IMG/VR virus record: IMGVR_UViG_3300003394_000004
Coordinates: 1 to 64,000 of that record
Source: an uncultured virus (IMG/VR IMGVR_UViG_3300003394_000004)
Lineage: Duplodnaviria; Heunggongvirae; Uroviricota; Caudoviricetes
Reading direction: 5' to 3' (one strand)
Length of the DNA: 64,000 nucleotides
In this document: piece after piece, positions 45,615 through 56,541 of the stretch
Layout: each line of letters opens with the position of its first letter
How positions within the stretch are numbered: the first letter of the stretch is position 1
Translations under genes and position numbers: made by a program
Notes under the pieces: generated by a model
Database searches by the model: none
What the model saw: only the letters and a program-made list of their open reading frames with translations
What the model was told of the DNA's origin: nothing

Positions 45615-46000
45615 TGGTGGAGATGCGAGGTACTGCCCCCCGGTCTTGCTCGTCTTACCCAAGAGGTACTACATGTTTAGGTCAACATTTTCTAATGTTC
45701 CGAAATTCACAATTCCCTTATTTTATAGTGGTTTGGTTTACTGAGAACTAATCCTCCACTTGTTTCTTTTAAGATAGAAACTACACCTTTAAAAGACTTC
45801 TGTTCCTAGGTTGTATGTCTCCCGACCTGTTTTGTAATAGCGATTAGGCTACTACAGAAGCGTTTTCACGGATTAATCCGATAGTCGCCATTTTGTCTAA
45901 AACGTTTCCGTTTAATTTTTTGAACCAGTTTTTAATGAGTTATTTCAGCTCATACATGCACCCATTGACTAACTACGCCAATCGAATCTGTGTCATCCCC
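45615..46000 (-). ncRNA. ssrA: tmRNA
   Basis: 5' GGGGATGA..GATTCGA, 3' ..CATCTCCACCA with G3.U; tag ORF 45909-45844 reads GNVLDKMATIGLIRENASVVA*. Confidence 0.9.
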
Positions 46001-46078
46001 ATAATTTCAAAGAACATTTCAACAAATATAAATATACTTTTTTATATCAACAACTATTTATTAAGAAATAATTTCATT

Positions 46079-46684
46079 ATGACAAAAAAAATTGTAAGAT
46101 TAACGGAATCTGATTTAGAAAGAATCGTAAGACGTGTAATAAAAGAATCTATGGGTGTTGGCTTTATGTCAGGAGAACCTAATGGTTTGAAAATAAAGAG
46201 AATGGAAACTAAGGAGCAAGATGCTACATCAGTGTCTACACCTGACCAAACAAAGCCGTTGTTGGATAAAAGCATGTTGGTTGTTAATCAAAAATTACCT
46301 TTAGATAGGAAAACATTAACATCTATGGCTTCAGCCTTAAAAGATTTTGACAAAAAATTGATTGGAGGAACACCTTATGAGGCTTTACAGGGTATTTGGG
46401 GCAATGATTTAATTAATTCATTTAACAAATCAATTGCAACACTTGGATATCAATTGGGTAGTGCAGGTGGTTACAAAGCTATGATGGATGGTAGGCCGTT
46501 TGATAATATAATGTCAATGGCCGCCCTATCAGCAATGGTTAACGATTTATTATTGTTAAGAGATGGTTTAACTTACTTAGCTCAAGTAAAGGCTGGTATG
46601 AAGGTAATGCCACCAGATGCGGTTAAAAAAGCGTTACCATTTTTTAAAGAATTTTCACAAAAAAATCAATTGGGATTAGCTTAA
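46079..46684 (+). CDS. hypothetical protein with KIVRLTESDL N-terminal motif
   Basis: Start moved to ATG 46079 because the track start overlaps the tmRNA. Confidence 0.7.
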   Translation: MTKKIVRLTESDLERIVRRVIKESMGVGFMSGEPNGLKIKRMETKEQDATSVSTPDQTKPLLDKSMLVVNQKLPLDRKTLTSMASALKDFDKKLIGGTPYEALQGIWGNDLINSFNKSIATLGYQLGSAGGYKAMMDGRPFDNIMSMAALSAMVNDLLLLRDGLTYLAQVKAGMKVMPPDAVKKALPFFKEFSQKNQLGLA

Positions 46685-46732
46685 AAAATATTTAACATTA
46701 TTATAAAAAAAGGGACTACTTGGTCCCTTTTT

Positions 46733-47152
46733 TTATTTAAGATTTTTAGACACCCAACCTTGAGTCATGAACAAATCTTTTCTCCAAACACACATCAAAA
46801 ATGTTGGGTTATATTTGTCAAAGATATAAAGATAGTCAGTTCCTTCAGGTGAACTCACAGTAAATGATTGATAGTTGTTTTCAGAATGAGAGTCAACAAT
46901 GGTTCTTACCATAACTGATTTGTTAAAAGAATCCACTCTGGTCATTGTATTTTTAACACTATCAAAGATGAAGAAGATATTTGATGTTTGACCCATCAAT
47001 TTGGTTTCTTGGTCGTTATTCAAAACTTCCATAGAATTCAACCCTGATGTATGTTCGAACCTGTAGAAACCTTTACAGTGAAACTGATAGACTTGTGCTT
47101 GAGCTGCGATAGTCAAGATGAACATTGCGATGGTGGTGATGATGTTTTTCAT
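46733..47152 (-). CDS. secreted hypothetical protein
   Basis: Signal peptide MKNIITTIAMFILTIAAQAQ. Confidence 0.65.
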   Translation of the reverse strand: MKNIITTIAMFILTIAAQAQVYQFHCKGFYRFEHTSGLNSMEVLNNDQETKLMGQTSNIFFIFDSVKNTMTRVDSFNKSVMVRTIVDSHSENNYQSFTVSSPEGTDYLYIFDKYNPTFLMCVWRKDLFMTQGWVSKNLK

Positions 47153-47217
47153 AGTTTGTCTTCCTTTCTTATACAAATATACAACCATTTTTTGAACTGC
47201 ACAACTATTTATAAGAA

Positions 47218-49011
47218 ATGTACAAAATATTTTTACAAGAGGGTAAGAAAGAAGACTCTATTAAAAGGGTTAAGGAAATGTTTCCTGACGACTCTGATTT
47301 TATAGACAAAATATTTGATGAGACTGCAAAGTTAGGTGCAAAATACATTCCTTTTGTTGAAACTGAAACCAAAAGATTTCTTTTTGACCCGTTTACGGAT
47401 TTTGATGTCTTTATATCTGGGCTAATCAGACAAATAGAATTTTTTAATAAAAATAGTAATAAAATTACACCTGAAGTAATTGGTACTGTTAAAGAACTTT
47501 GGGACGGTGTTGAGTCAAGGGCGTTTCCAAAATTAGATGTTGTGATGAAATCGCCCAAAGATATTAATTCGTATAATATTAATACCTTGGGATATTTGAC
47601 ACAAGCCCTTTCAATGATTTCATCCAAAAGAGAAAAAGAACGAGCGGCGAAAAAAGAAGCTGAAAAAGTATTTGAAGATGGTGATGTATTGGGAATCAGA
47701 GCCATCACACATAATGCTTCTTGTTATTATGGTTCAGGTACACGTTGGTGTACTGCGGGACAACAGCCAGATTATTTTAACAAATACACCAAAGACGGTA
47801 AACTTTATTACTTTATTGACAAATCAAATAGAAGACAAAAGATTGCTTTATATATTAAAGACGGTGACCCAACTGTGTATGATGCTGCGGATACTGGACA
47901 TGATGTGGATTTTCTATACCATGTTTATCCCGAGGTTGAGAATTTTGTTATTGAAAAACTATTGGGTGGTGGAAAAGTAAAATCAGGATTTGAAAGAATT
48001 AAAGACGGAACTATTTCAAGCTGGAATGCTGATAGGGTGGACCCATTAATCACCAGTTACAATAGAGATAATGAAGATAATGTCACTTTGAATTTAGATT
48101 TTAACGGAAGAGATAGCGATTATTTTGATTTATTTGAGTGGAACGAAGGTGACGGTGATAGAATGTACTTAGATATTTCATTATCTAGTTACGGTACAGG
48201 TGAAATTTTTGATAGTTATTATGCTGAAGAAGAATGGAAAGAGGGATATTTGTTTTCTAACTTTGATGACGAACAAATGAAAAGACTTCAAACGTATATG
48301 AAAATTATTAATCCAAAATTATATGAATGTACGTTGGGATTAAAAGAACGAGATAGTGATGATTGTAGAATTAAAGTTTCCGAATTCTTGTCAAAAGCAT
48401 TTGAAAATGCCGTTGATAACATAACCAGTGAATATACTTATGACATGAATGCTGATACCGAACAAGGTATTAGAGAATATTTGGAAAAAGATTATTCAAA
48501 TATGTTTGCCGAATATGGATTACCAATGACGGGAACTTTTTATAAAAAAACCGTTAAATTAGATGACCTTATAAAAACGTATCAAAAATACAATCCAACG
48601 TTTAATATTGGAATTTATGGGTTATTGAGAAGAATTATTAATCTTGAAAATATTGACCCCCCAAGTATTGCTGATAGTGTATATGAGTTTAGGACTAATA
48701 ATTATGAATATAGTAGTACCAACAGTGCCATAGAAAAATTATTGGACACTATGGAAGAAACTATCAATGAAAATGAAAACATAACAGGTGATTACATTGA
48801 CCATTATGATTTTATCAAAAAATTGGGTGGTTTTGATGAGTGGATTGATATGCCTGGTGACAAAAGATACATGTTAAAAATCACCGATTTGGACATGGAA
48901 GATGATAGGGTAACGTTTGCACTACAAAATAGGGAAACAAGAGATTTGAAAAAAATGAGATTACCATTTGAAAAATTCAAAGATTTTATTTATAATCTAC
49001 AACTTTTTTGA
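47218..49011 (+). CDS. hypothetical protein, YG.xT.WCT family paralog 3
   Basis: THNASCYYGSGTRWCTA..YFNKY..GKLYY. Confidence 0.75.
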   Translation: MYKIFLQEGKKEDSIKRVKEMFPDDSDFIDKIFDETAKLGAKYIPFVETETKRFLFDPFTDFDVFISGLIRQIEFFNKNSNKITPEVIGTVKELWDGVESRAFPKLDVVMKSPKDINSYNINTLGYLTQALSMISSKREKERAAKKEAEKVFEDGDVLGIRAITHNASCYYGSGTRWCTAGQQPDYFNKYTKDGKLYYFIDKSNRRQKIALYIKDGDPTVYDAADTGHDVDFLYHVYPEVENFVIEKLLGGGKVKSGFERIKDGTISSWNADRVDPLITSYNRDNEDNVTLNLDFNGRDSDYFDLFEWNEGDGDRMYLDISLSSYGTGEIFDSYYAEEEWKEGYLFSNFDDEQMKRLQTYMKIINPKLYECTLGLKERDSDDCRIKVSEFLSKAFENAVDNITSEYTYDMNADTEQGIREYLEKDYSNMFAEYGLPMTGTFYKKTVKLDDLIKTYQKYNPTFNIGIYGLLRRIINLENIDPPSIADSVYEFRTNNYEYSSTNSAIEKLLDTMEETINENENITGDYIDHYDFIKKLGGFDEWIDMPGDKRYMLKITDLDMEDDRVTFALQNRETRDLKKMRLPFEKFKDFIYNLQLF

Positions 49012-49044
49012 TAATTCATAATTTTGTTGTATCTTTGTGGTAAG

Positions 49045-49872
49045 ATGAACAGATTAGATTTATTAGAAAGAGTCCTTAGCGTTCCAACCGCTACGTACCA
49101 TGAAGAATATATGGTGGAATTCATTTCCAACTGGCTTAAGGAAAATAACATTCCTTACGTGGTAGATGAAATGATGAACATTTACGCAACCAAAACAAGT
49201 GAAGGTTTTGAAGGAAAACTTTATCCATGTATGGTTGGTCATACCGATACTGTTCACGGAATGAACGAGATTGTTGTTCACACAGAAACTCTACCTGATT
49301 ACGAAGGAAACCTTAAAGTATGTCTTAAGGGTTACACCCCTGAAGGTAAAGAAACCGGTATTGGTGGTGATGACAAATGTGGTGTGTTTGGAGCAATGTC
49401 AGCTTTATTGGATTTACCACACGTAAAGGCGGCGTTCTTTGTTAGTGAAGAAACAGGATGTTGGGGTTCTCGTAAAGCCGACCCAAACTTCTTTGTTGAT
49501 GTGGCTTACGCAATTCAGTTGGACGCACCGTTGAACTACATGGTTACTGAAGTTTGTTCTGGTGTACGTCTATTCAACCGTGACAGTGAATTCTTTACCA
49601 TTGTTGATAAGGTATTGGATGAATACATGCCAAAACGTGAGTATATGGTTCACCCATACACCGATGTTTCACAGTTGAAGATGAAGTTTGATTTCTCTTG
49701 TATCAACATTTCTTGTGGATATTACAACTACCACAGACCAAGTGAGTATGTTGTAATTGATGATTTGGATAATTCAATCAAGACCGCATATGCAATGATT
49801 GATAAACTTGGGTATGAGAAACATGAGTATCAGTACGATAAAGAATACGCAAAATCTCAGTGGTATATTTAA
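49045..49872 (+). CDS. M20/M28-like zinc peptidase
   Basis: GHTDTV, GGDDKCG, EETG..GS, GYYNYH. Confidence 0.8.
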   Translation: MNRLDLLERVLSVPTATYHEEYMVEFISNWLKENNIPYVVDEMMNIYATKTSEGFEGKLYPCMVGHTDTVHGMNEIVVHTETLPDYEGNLKVCLKGYTPEGKETGIGGDDKCGVFGAMSALLDLPHVKAAFFVSEETGCWGSRKADPNFFVDVAYAIQLDAPLNYMVTEVCSGVRLFNRDSEFFTIVDKVLDEYMPKREYMVHPYTDVSQLKMKFDFSCINISCGYYNYHRPSEYVVIDDLDNSIKTAYAMIDKLGYEKHEYQYDKEYAKSQWYI

Positions 49873-49973
49873 TAGAAAAGGGTCTTAACGACCTTTTTTT
49901 TATGCTTATAACTTTATAAATAAAAATGGGGTCAATGACCCCACTTTTATTACCGATAAGGAATATTATTCAC

Positions 49974-51968
49974 TTATTTGATGATTACTTTCTCAGATTT
50001 TACCGATAGGGAATATTGTTTACCCTCAACCACATTTCCGTTTAGGACTTCTTCAGATATCAAATCTTCAATTTGGTCCTGAATTGCTCTTTTAATTGGA
50101 CGAGCACCATACACTTCATCATAACCAATTTTGGCGATGTGTGAAACCAATTTATCATCATATTTGAAAACAAGTTTCAATTCTGATAAACGACCCATTA
50201 ATTTCTTCAATTCAATGTCAACAATCTTTTTGATAGATTCTTCATTCAAAGAATTAAATACAATCACATCATCAATACGGTTCAAGAACTCAGGAGAGAA
50301 AAAATTCTTCATTTCTTTTTTCAAGATTTCTTTCTTCTGTTCTTCATTAGAATAAGCGTTACTTGAAAAACCGATACCTGTTCCAAAGTCTTGAAGTTTC
50401 TTAACTCCAATGTTTGATGTCATAATAATTAAACAGTTTTTGAAGTTAATCTTTCTACCCAAAGAATCTGTAAGGTATCCTTCGTCCAACATCTGAAGAA
50501 GTGTATGGAAGATTTCTTTGTTTGCCTTTTCTACCTCATCAAACAAGATTACAGAATAAGGTTTGTTCTTAACCTGTTCGGTTAATTGTCCACCTTCTTC
50601 ATAACCCACATAACCTGGAGGGGAACCAATCAAACGAGAAATGGTATGTTTCTCTTGGTACTCACTCATGTCCACACGGATAAGAGCATCTGAACTACCA
50701 AAGATTTGTTTTGCCAATTGTTTTGCCAAGTGAGTTTTACCCACACCTGTTGAACCCAAGAATATAAATGAACCAATTGGTTTGTTTGGGTCTTTAATAC
50801 CAAGACGGTTTCTACGGATGGATTTTGAAATCTTTGACACTGCATCATCCTGACCTACAACTTCAGAAATCAATGTTTTTTCCATTCCAATCAAAGCCAT
50901 TTTATCATCAACATTTAATTTGTTGACTGGAATCTTTGTCATTGAAGAAACTACATTCAATACCAACTCAGGGTCAATCGGTCTACGATTTTCAGATTGT
51001 TCCTTTTCAAACTTTGCTTTTTCAAGTTCTAAACGCTCAAGAAGTTTCTTTTCTTTATCACGTAGTTCAGCAGCGTGTTCAAAGTCTTGTCTTTTAACAA
51101 CATCAAGTTTTTGTTGTTTAAGTTCTGCCGCTTTTTGTTTTAGAATCTCCAATGCTTCAGGGATTTTGGTATCTACTTGAGAACGGGCACCAACTTCATC
51201 CATAATGTCAAATGCTTTGTCAGGGAACTCACGGTCAGTAATGTAACGGTCAGCCAAGTTCACACACATTTCCAAGACTTCATCAGAATAACTAACCTTA
51301 TGGTAGTCTTCATACTTGTCTTTAACATTTGTAATAATTGTTAAAGTCTCAGCTTTATTTGGAGAGTCAACAACAACTTTTTGGAAACGACGCTCAAGGG
51401 CTCCGTCTTTTTCAAAATTGGTACGATACTCATCCAAAGTGGTAGCTCCGATACATTGGATTTCACCACGAGCAAGAGCTGGTTTAAAGATGTTGGATGC
51501 GTCCATTGAACCTGAAGAATTACCAGCTCCAACAATTGTATGAATTTCATCAATGAAAATTACAATGTCAGGATTTTCTGAAAGTTCTTCAATAATAACT
51601 TTCATACGTTCTTCAAATTGACCACGATACTTTGTACCGGCAACGATGGATGTTAAATCCAATAATACAATACGTTTATCACGCAAGTTACGAGGACAAT
51701 CCCCGTTAAAGATTTTCATTGCCAAACCTTCAACAATTGCGGTTTTACCACAACCAGGTTCTCCAATGATAATTGGGTTATTTTTCTTTCTACGGGAAAG
51801 GATTTGAGCAATTCGGTTAATTTCCATCTCACGACCAATTACAGGGTCCAATTTACCCTCTTGAGCCATTTTAATTAAGTCCTTACTGAAATTGTCCAAT
51901 ACAGGAGTTCCTCCTGATTTCTTTTTAGGTGTTGATTTACCTTCTGTGTTATCCATTGATTCAATCAT
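49974..51968 (-). CDS. clpC: ClpC-like AAA+ unfoldase lacking the N-terminal Clp-repeat domain
   Basis: [17 protein letters not shown]-like [29 protein letters not shown] loop. Confidence 0.9.
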   Translation of the reverse strand: MIESMDNTEGKSTPKKKSGGTPVLDNFSKDLIKMAQEGKLDPVIGREMEINRIAQILSRRKKNNPIIIGEPGCGKTAIVEGLAMKIFNGDCPRNLRDKRIVLLDLTSIVAGTKYRGQFEERMKVIIEELSENPDIVIFIDEIHTIVGAGNSSGSMDASNIFKPALARGEIQCIGATTLDEYRTNFEKDGALERRFQKVVVDSPNKAETLTIITNVKDKYEDYHKVSYSDEVLEMCVNLADRYITDREFPDKAFDIMDEVGARSQVDTKIPEALEILKQKAAELKQQKLDVVKRQDFEHAAELRDKEKKLLERLELEKAKFEKEQSENRRPIDPELVLNVVSSMTKIPVNKLNVDDKMALIGMEKTLISEVVGQDDAVSKISKSIRRNRLGIKDPNKPIGSFIFLGSTGVGKTHLAKQLAKQIFGSSDALIRVDMSEYQEKHTISRLIGSPPGYVGYEEGGQLTEQVKNKPYSVILFDEVEKANKEIFHTLLQMLDEGYLTDSLGRKINFKNCLIIMTSNIGVKKLQDFGTGIGFSSNAYSNEEQKKEILKKEMKNFFSPEFLNRIDDVIVFNSLNEESIKKIVDIELKKLMGRLSELKLVFKYDDKLVSHIAKIGYDEVYGARPIKRAIQDQIEDLISEEVLNGNVVEGKQYSLSVKSEKVIIK

Positions 51969-52124
51969 AGTCTTTTATCTTACCACAAATATACCATTTT
52001 ATTTTCAAATAACAATAATGACTATATGTCAGTATGGTATGACAAAATGTCAGTACTGTTGATTTGGCATAATTTTGTATTTATGTTTCACAAAGATACA
52101 TAAAAAAATTAAAATAAAAAAAAT

Positions 52125-52571
52125 ATGTTTGACTTATTTGGAAACAACAGCAGAAAATCACTAAAACAAATGATGGACGAACTCAACGAGATGTTCGGTG
52201 ATTACAACCCTAACTTTAAAAGTTCTTCTATGGAACATAAATCAGAAACAGGAAATGATGATGGTATGGATTGGGAAAAACAAGTCTATACAACACCCGA
52301 TGGAAAATTTACCTATATCATAACATCAAGTTCAACAGTTCCACCAAAAAAGAATAAAAATTCTTTGGAGTCATTAAAACAACAACTTGACAAAGCAGTT
52401 GAAAAAGAAGATTTCCAATTGGCAATTTATCTTCGTGATAAAATCAAAACTTTTGAAAGAGACCAAGAAGAAATTAAAAAGATTGAGGATGAGTTAAAAG
52501 ATTGTATTGAAAGACAAGACTTTGAAAGAGCGATTGAAGTCCGAGACCAACTACGAAAAATGAGACCCTAA
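52125..52571 (+). CDS. tandem UVR (UvrB/C) motif protein
   Basis: LDKAVEKEDFQLAIYLRDKI and LKDCIERQDFERAIEVRDQL. Confidence 0.8.
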   Translation: MFDLFGNNSRKSLKQMMDELNEMFGDYNPNFKSSSMEHKSETGNDDGMDWEKQVYTTPDGKFTYIITSSSTVPPKKNKNSLESLKQQLDKAVEKEDFQLAIYLRDKIKTFERDQEEIKKIEDELKDCIERQDFERAIEVRDQLRKMRP

Positions 52572-52620
52572 CAAAAAGACCCTTGACTAAAATCAGGGGT
52601 CTTTTAATATTTATACTATT

Positions 52621-52866
52621 ATGGCAGTAGGAAGACAAGATATAAAAGGAACAAAAATTCTTAATGAAATTAATTCATCTAATATTATTAGAACTGAATA
52701 TGATACCGCAGACAAAACAATGATTACAGAATTTAAAAATGGTACACGTTATGAATATGAAGATGTACCACACAATGTATATGCAGAATTCAGATTGTCA
52801 GAATCACAAGGAAAATATTTCAATTCCAAAATTTCAAAAGTATACAAATACAAAAAATTACCTTAA
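52621..52866 (+). CDS. KTSC domain protein
   Basis: SSNI...YD....EFKNG..YEY.DVP..Y......S.GKYFN..I. Confidence 0.9.
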   Translation: MAVGRQDIKGTKILNEINSSNIIRTEYDTADKTMITEFKNGTRYEYEDVPHNVYAEFRLSESQGKYFNSKISKVYKYKKLP

Positions 52867-52891
52867 ATAAAATCTTGAGTATTTATATAAG

Positions 52892-53644
52892 ATGGATAAA
52901 TACTCAGAAATATTATCTTCTTTTGGAACTCAAGAAACATTGAACCCTCAAATATGGGATGATGTTGAAAGCGATGAACCAAAATTAAAACCACAAATTA
53001 GAAAAGCATTGTTAATGATTGCCGGAGAATTCATGGATTTCTTGGGTGATGATTTATTTGTTGATGATGTTAGATTTACTGGTTCACTAGCAAATTATAA
53101 TTGGTCCAAGTTTTCAGATATTGATTTACACCTTTATGTTGACTTCTCACAATTTGATGTTGAAGATGTTGAAGTTTACAAAGAATTATTCCAACTTAAA
53201 AAAACTTTATTTAATACCACCCACAATATTACCGTAAAAGGTTTTGATGTGGAATTATATGCTGAAGATATTGATGAATCACATTTTTCAACCGGTGTCT
53301 ATTCCGTTATGTTTGATACTTGGGTTCACAAACCTGAAAAAGAAAGTGTAAAAATTGATAAAGAAATGTTATTATCAAAGGCAAATTCAATGATGTCAAA
53401 AATTGATAATGCAATTGAGGATTCCAAAAGTGAGAATTATGAAAAAGCTGTAAAACATATTGACAGTTTTAAAGAAAAATTAAAGAAGTATAGGTCATCA
53501 GGTTTGGAAAAAGATGGTGAGTTTTCATACGAAAATTTGGTCTTTAAATTTCTTCGTAGAAACGGATATATTGACAAATTATTCAACTTTAAAAACAAAT
53601 TAATGGATAAAAATTTATCTATTGAAAATACTGACGTAGAATAA
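52892..53644 (+). CDS. Pol-beta-like nucleotidyltransferase
   Basis: TGSLANYNWSKFSDIDLH, VELY. Confidence 0.75.
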   Translation: MDKYSEILSSFGTQETLNPQIWDDVESDEPKLKPQIRKALLMIAGEFMDFLGDDLFVDDVRFTGSLANYNWSKFSDIDLHLYVDFSQFDVEDVEVYKELFQLKKTLFNTTHNITVKGFDVELYAEDIDESHFSTGVYSVMFDTWVHKPEKESVKIDKEMLLSKANSMMSKIDNAIEDSKSENYEKAVKHIDSFKEKLKKYRSSGLEKDGEFSYENLVFKFLRRNGYIDKLFNFKNKLMDKNLSIENTDVE

Positions 53645-53686
53645 TTTAACAATTTACCATTATTGCTATATTTATATAGTAAAATT

Positions 53687-54652
53687 ATGGCATTAGTAAC
53701 ATATTTAATAGCACCCTGTGAAGGACCATCGGCAATTTTAGTTGAATTTAGTAGTAGTACGCTTCCAGTTGTTGGAGGAAATTATTTCTTAACATTTGTA
53801 GGTTCAACTGATAGTGGTTGTTACGAAATTGTAGATACCGCTGAACCAGGTGTTGGTATTGATACTGTTGCTACTCAATCTACAAATTATAATGACTGTG
53901 CCACATGTCAAGGAGCCTCAACACCTACTCCAACACCAAGTGTTACCGCAACTGTAACACCTACTGTAACTAAAACACCTACTGTAACACCAACAAATAC
54001 AGTTACACCAAGTGTTACAAAAACTGCAACACCATCAGTAACTCCAACAAAAACTGCGACACCAACACTTACACCAACTAATACTACAACACCAAGTGTT
54101 ACACCAACTAAAACCGTAACACCTTCTGTAACTGCAACAAATACTGTGACACCAAGTGTTACCGCAACTGTAACTAAAACGGTTACACCAACAGTTACAA
54201 CAACTAATACACCAACACCAAGTGTTACTAAAACACAAACACCAAGTGTTACCGCAAGTGTTACTCCAACAAAAACAGTTACACCAAGTGTTACCGCAAC
54301 TGTAACTAAAACACCAACGGTTACTCCAACAAAAACAGTTACACCAAGTGTTACCGCAACTGTAACTAAAACACCAACGGTTACTCCAACAAAAACAGTT
54401 ACACCAAGTGTTACTGCGACTGTAACTAAAACACCTACCTTAACACCAACACCTACCTTAAGTGGATTTGCTCTTACAGGTGGAACAACTAATACAAGTA
54501 GTGGAACAATAGTATATGAAGATTGTATTACATGTTCAGGTGATACAACTACACAAGCAATGCCACACGCAATATATTCAAATGCACAAGGAAGGTCTGT
54601 AGTCCAAGTTGACTCAGTTGCTCTTGGTGGATTTAATGGATTAAACTCTTAA
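53687..54652 (+). CDS. Thr/Pro/Val-rich repeat protein (probable virion surface protein)
   Basis: Long TPSVT/TPTKT repeat stalk between Cys-containing ends. Confidence 0.75.
   Translation: MALVTYLIAPCEGPSAILVEFSSSTLPVVGGNYFLTFVGSTDSGCYEIVDTAEPGVGIDTVATQSTNYNDCATCQGASTPTPTPSVTATVTPTVTKTPTVTPTNTVTPSVTKTATPSVTPTKTATPTLTPTNTTTPSVTPTKTVTPSVTATNTVTPSVTATVTKTVTPTVTTTNTPTPSVTKTQTPSVTASVTPTKTVTPSVTATVTKTPTVTPTKTVTPSVTATVTKTPTVTPTKTVTPSVTATVTKTPTLTPTPTLSGFALTGGTTNTSSGTIVYEDCITCSGDTTTQAMPHAIYSNAQGRSVVQVDSVALGGFNGLNS
54261..54435 (+). repeat. 60-bp coding tandem repeat, about 3 copies
   Basis: ttactccaacaaaaacagttacaccaagtgttaccgcaactgtaactaaaacaccaacgg at 60-nt period. Confidence 0.85.
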
Positions 54653-54676
54653 ACATAAAAAACAAAAAATATAAAA

Positions 54677-56146
54677 ATGGCTGACTTAAAACCAATCGGA
54701 AGTGAGAGATTACAAGGACAAGATAAAATCAATAGAATCCTTGAAATTTCTAGATATAAAGAAACCGCACCATCTAACATTAATGAAACTTCAAGAGTGG
54801 AGTTTGAAAAAACGTTAGCAGATGGTCATCAGTATGAGATTGTAAAAGAAAAAACTGGTTACATCATAAAGAAAAGAATTGATGAATCTTTGGATTACAT
54901 TGAGCCAATGAAAAATAGAACGTATTATCGTTCTTATTCACAAGCATTAAAAAGATTGAACCTTATGGCAGGTGAAATTAATAGACTTGTTGAAAACGAA
55001 GAAGAGGTTTCAATGTATCAAATTTCAGAACAAAAAAAATTTACATTAAAAACTCCTAAAGCACCGGCACCAATGCCAGAACCGGCAGCTGAACTTCCAC
55101 CACCTGCTCCTGCACCTGAAGAAGGTTCAATGGATGCACCATTAGATGATGCATCTTTGGATATGCCAGCTGGTGATGAAATGGATATGGACATGGAATT
55201 AGATACACCTGAAGGTGATATGGATATGGATATGAGTTCTGAAGAAGAACCAATGGCTGGTGAGGAAGAAGATATTACATTTAAAACTATTCAAAAACTT
55301 ACAGGCAAATTGGGTCAAAAAATCAGAATGATGAATGATTCTGTTGGAATGACTTCTGAAGATGTTAAGTATGTTATTAATTCATTATTGTCAGCATTGG
55401 ATTTGAGCAAACTTGACGAAGAAGACCAAGAAGATATCATGTCAAAATTTGAAGAAGACCAAGAATCTGATTATGATTCAGATATGGATATGGGTTCTAT
55501 GGGTGATGACGAAGATATGGACGTAGATATGGATATGGACATGGAAGAACCAATTGATGGTGAAATGGGAGAAGGTATGTATGGTTCATTTAAAAACGAT
55601 GAATGGTATGATGAAACTGATAGACCATATAAAGGTGGTTTTGACTTTGATTTTGACGAGGAAGAGTTTGATGAATTTGAACCAATGATGAAAAAACATA
55701 GTAATAATGCGATGTTTCAAAAAGGACCTGAGGGTGAAAGAATGTTCAACGCATACAAAGAAAAATTTGGTCCAATGAAAGTTAGAGTTAAAAGAATGGG
55801 AAGTGAAATGTCTGAAGAAGACAAAGTTAATTCTCATGTTTCTAAAATTATGGATGAAATTTTTAGTGAATCTAAAGTTGATAAGGTTTTATCATCATAT
55901 TTTGTTGTAAATGAAAATGAACAAAAAACAAAAAGTAAAAAACTTGTTGAGTCAAAGCAACAAAAAACACAAGTAATGGACAAAGTTAAAAAATTGTCAG
56001 AAACTTACGAACAAGAATTGGCGTCTGAATTTATCTTACAAGAAAACAATAATTTTAAATTCGTTGGAAAAACAAACAAAAGTAATTTAGTGTTTGAACA
56101 CAACGGAGAACAAATTAGAGTAACACCAAAAGGTGAAGTTTTATGA
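54677..56146 (+). CDS. acidic hypothetical protein (head-module neighbour)
   Basis: ORF track; Asp/Met-rich tracts. Confidence 0.75.
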   Translation: MADLKPIGSERLQGQDKINRILEISRYKETAPSNINETSRVEFEKTLADGHQYEIVKEKTGYIIKKRIDESLDYIEPMKNRTYYRSYSQALKRLNLMAGEINRLVENEEEVSMYQISEQKKFTLKTPKAPAPMPEPAAELPPPAPAPEEGSMDAPLDDASLDMPAGDEMDMDMELDTPEGDMDMDMSSEEEPMAGEEEDITFKTIQKLTGKLGQKIRMMNDSVGMTSEDVKYVINSLLSALDLSKLDEEDQEDIMSKFEEDQESDYDSDMDMGSMGDDEDMDVDMDMDMEEPIDGEMGEGMYGSFKNDEWYDETDRPYKGGFDFDFDEEEFDEFEPMMKKHSNNAMFQKGPEGERMFNAYKEKFGPMKVRVKRMGSEMSEEDKVNSHVSKIMDEIFSESKVDKVLSSYFVVNENEQKTKSKKLVESKQQKTQVMDKVKKLSETYEQELASEFILQENNNFKFVGKTNKSNLVFEHNGEQIRVTPKGEVL

Positions 56147-56541
56147 GTCATTTAATCTATATTAATGGACTTGGTCCAAATTATAGAGGAGATAACATGT
56201 ATGAGTTTATCTTTAGTGATGAATTAGACGTTTGGGGTGAAAATTGGGATTCAAGACCAGCACACGGTTACCCACAACCACCTGAATTAAAACATATAAA
56301 GAAAGTTGGACTACTGAAAAATACGGTGGTCCAACTTGAACTTATACAGGACTCTGATTTTATGGGAGTCACAGACGCAATGGAAGATGTAATTGCGTTA
56401 GCCTGGGAAAAAGATGAAAGTTGTGAAGATGAGACCCGTCTTGTTTTTCGTTTCGGAGATTCAGAACAGAAAGTAAAAGATAAATTGTACGAAAGAGACA
56501 TTATTTTAGAATTAGAAAAAGACGTTGTATATGAAAAATAA
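56143..56541 (+). CDS. hypothetical protein
   Basis: ORF track; ATGA overlap with the previous gene. Confidence 0.75.
   Translation: MSHLIYINGLGPNYRGDNMYEFIFSDELDVWGENWDSRPAHGYPQPPELKHIKKVGLLKNTVVQLELIQDSDFMGVTDAMEDVIALAWEKDESCEDETRLVFRFGDSEQKVKDKLYERDIILELEKDVVYEK

Noticed and set aside
45893..46078. N-terminal extension of ORF 45893-46684
   Set aside because: It overlaps the tmRNA. ATG 46079 follows TATTTAT and gives the shared KIVRLTESDL motif.
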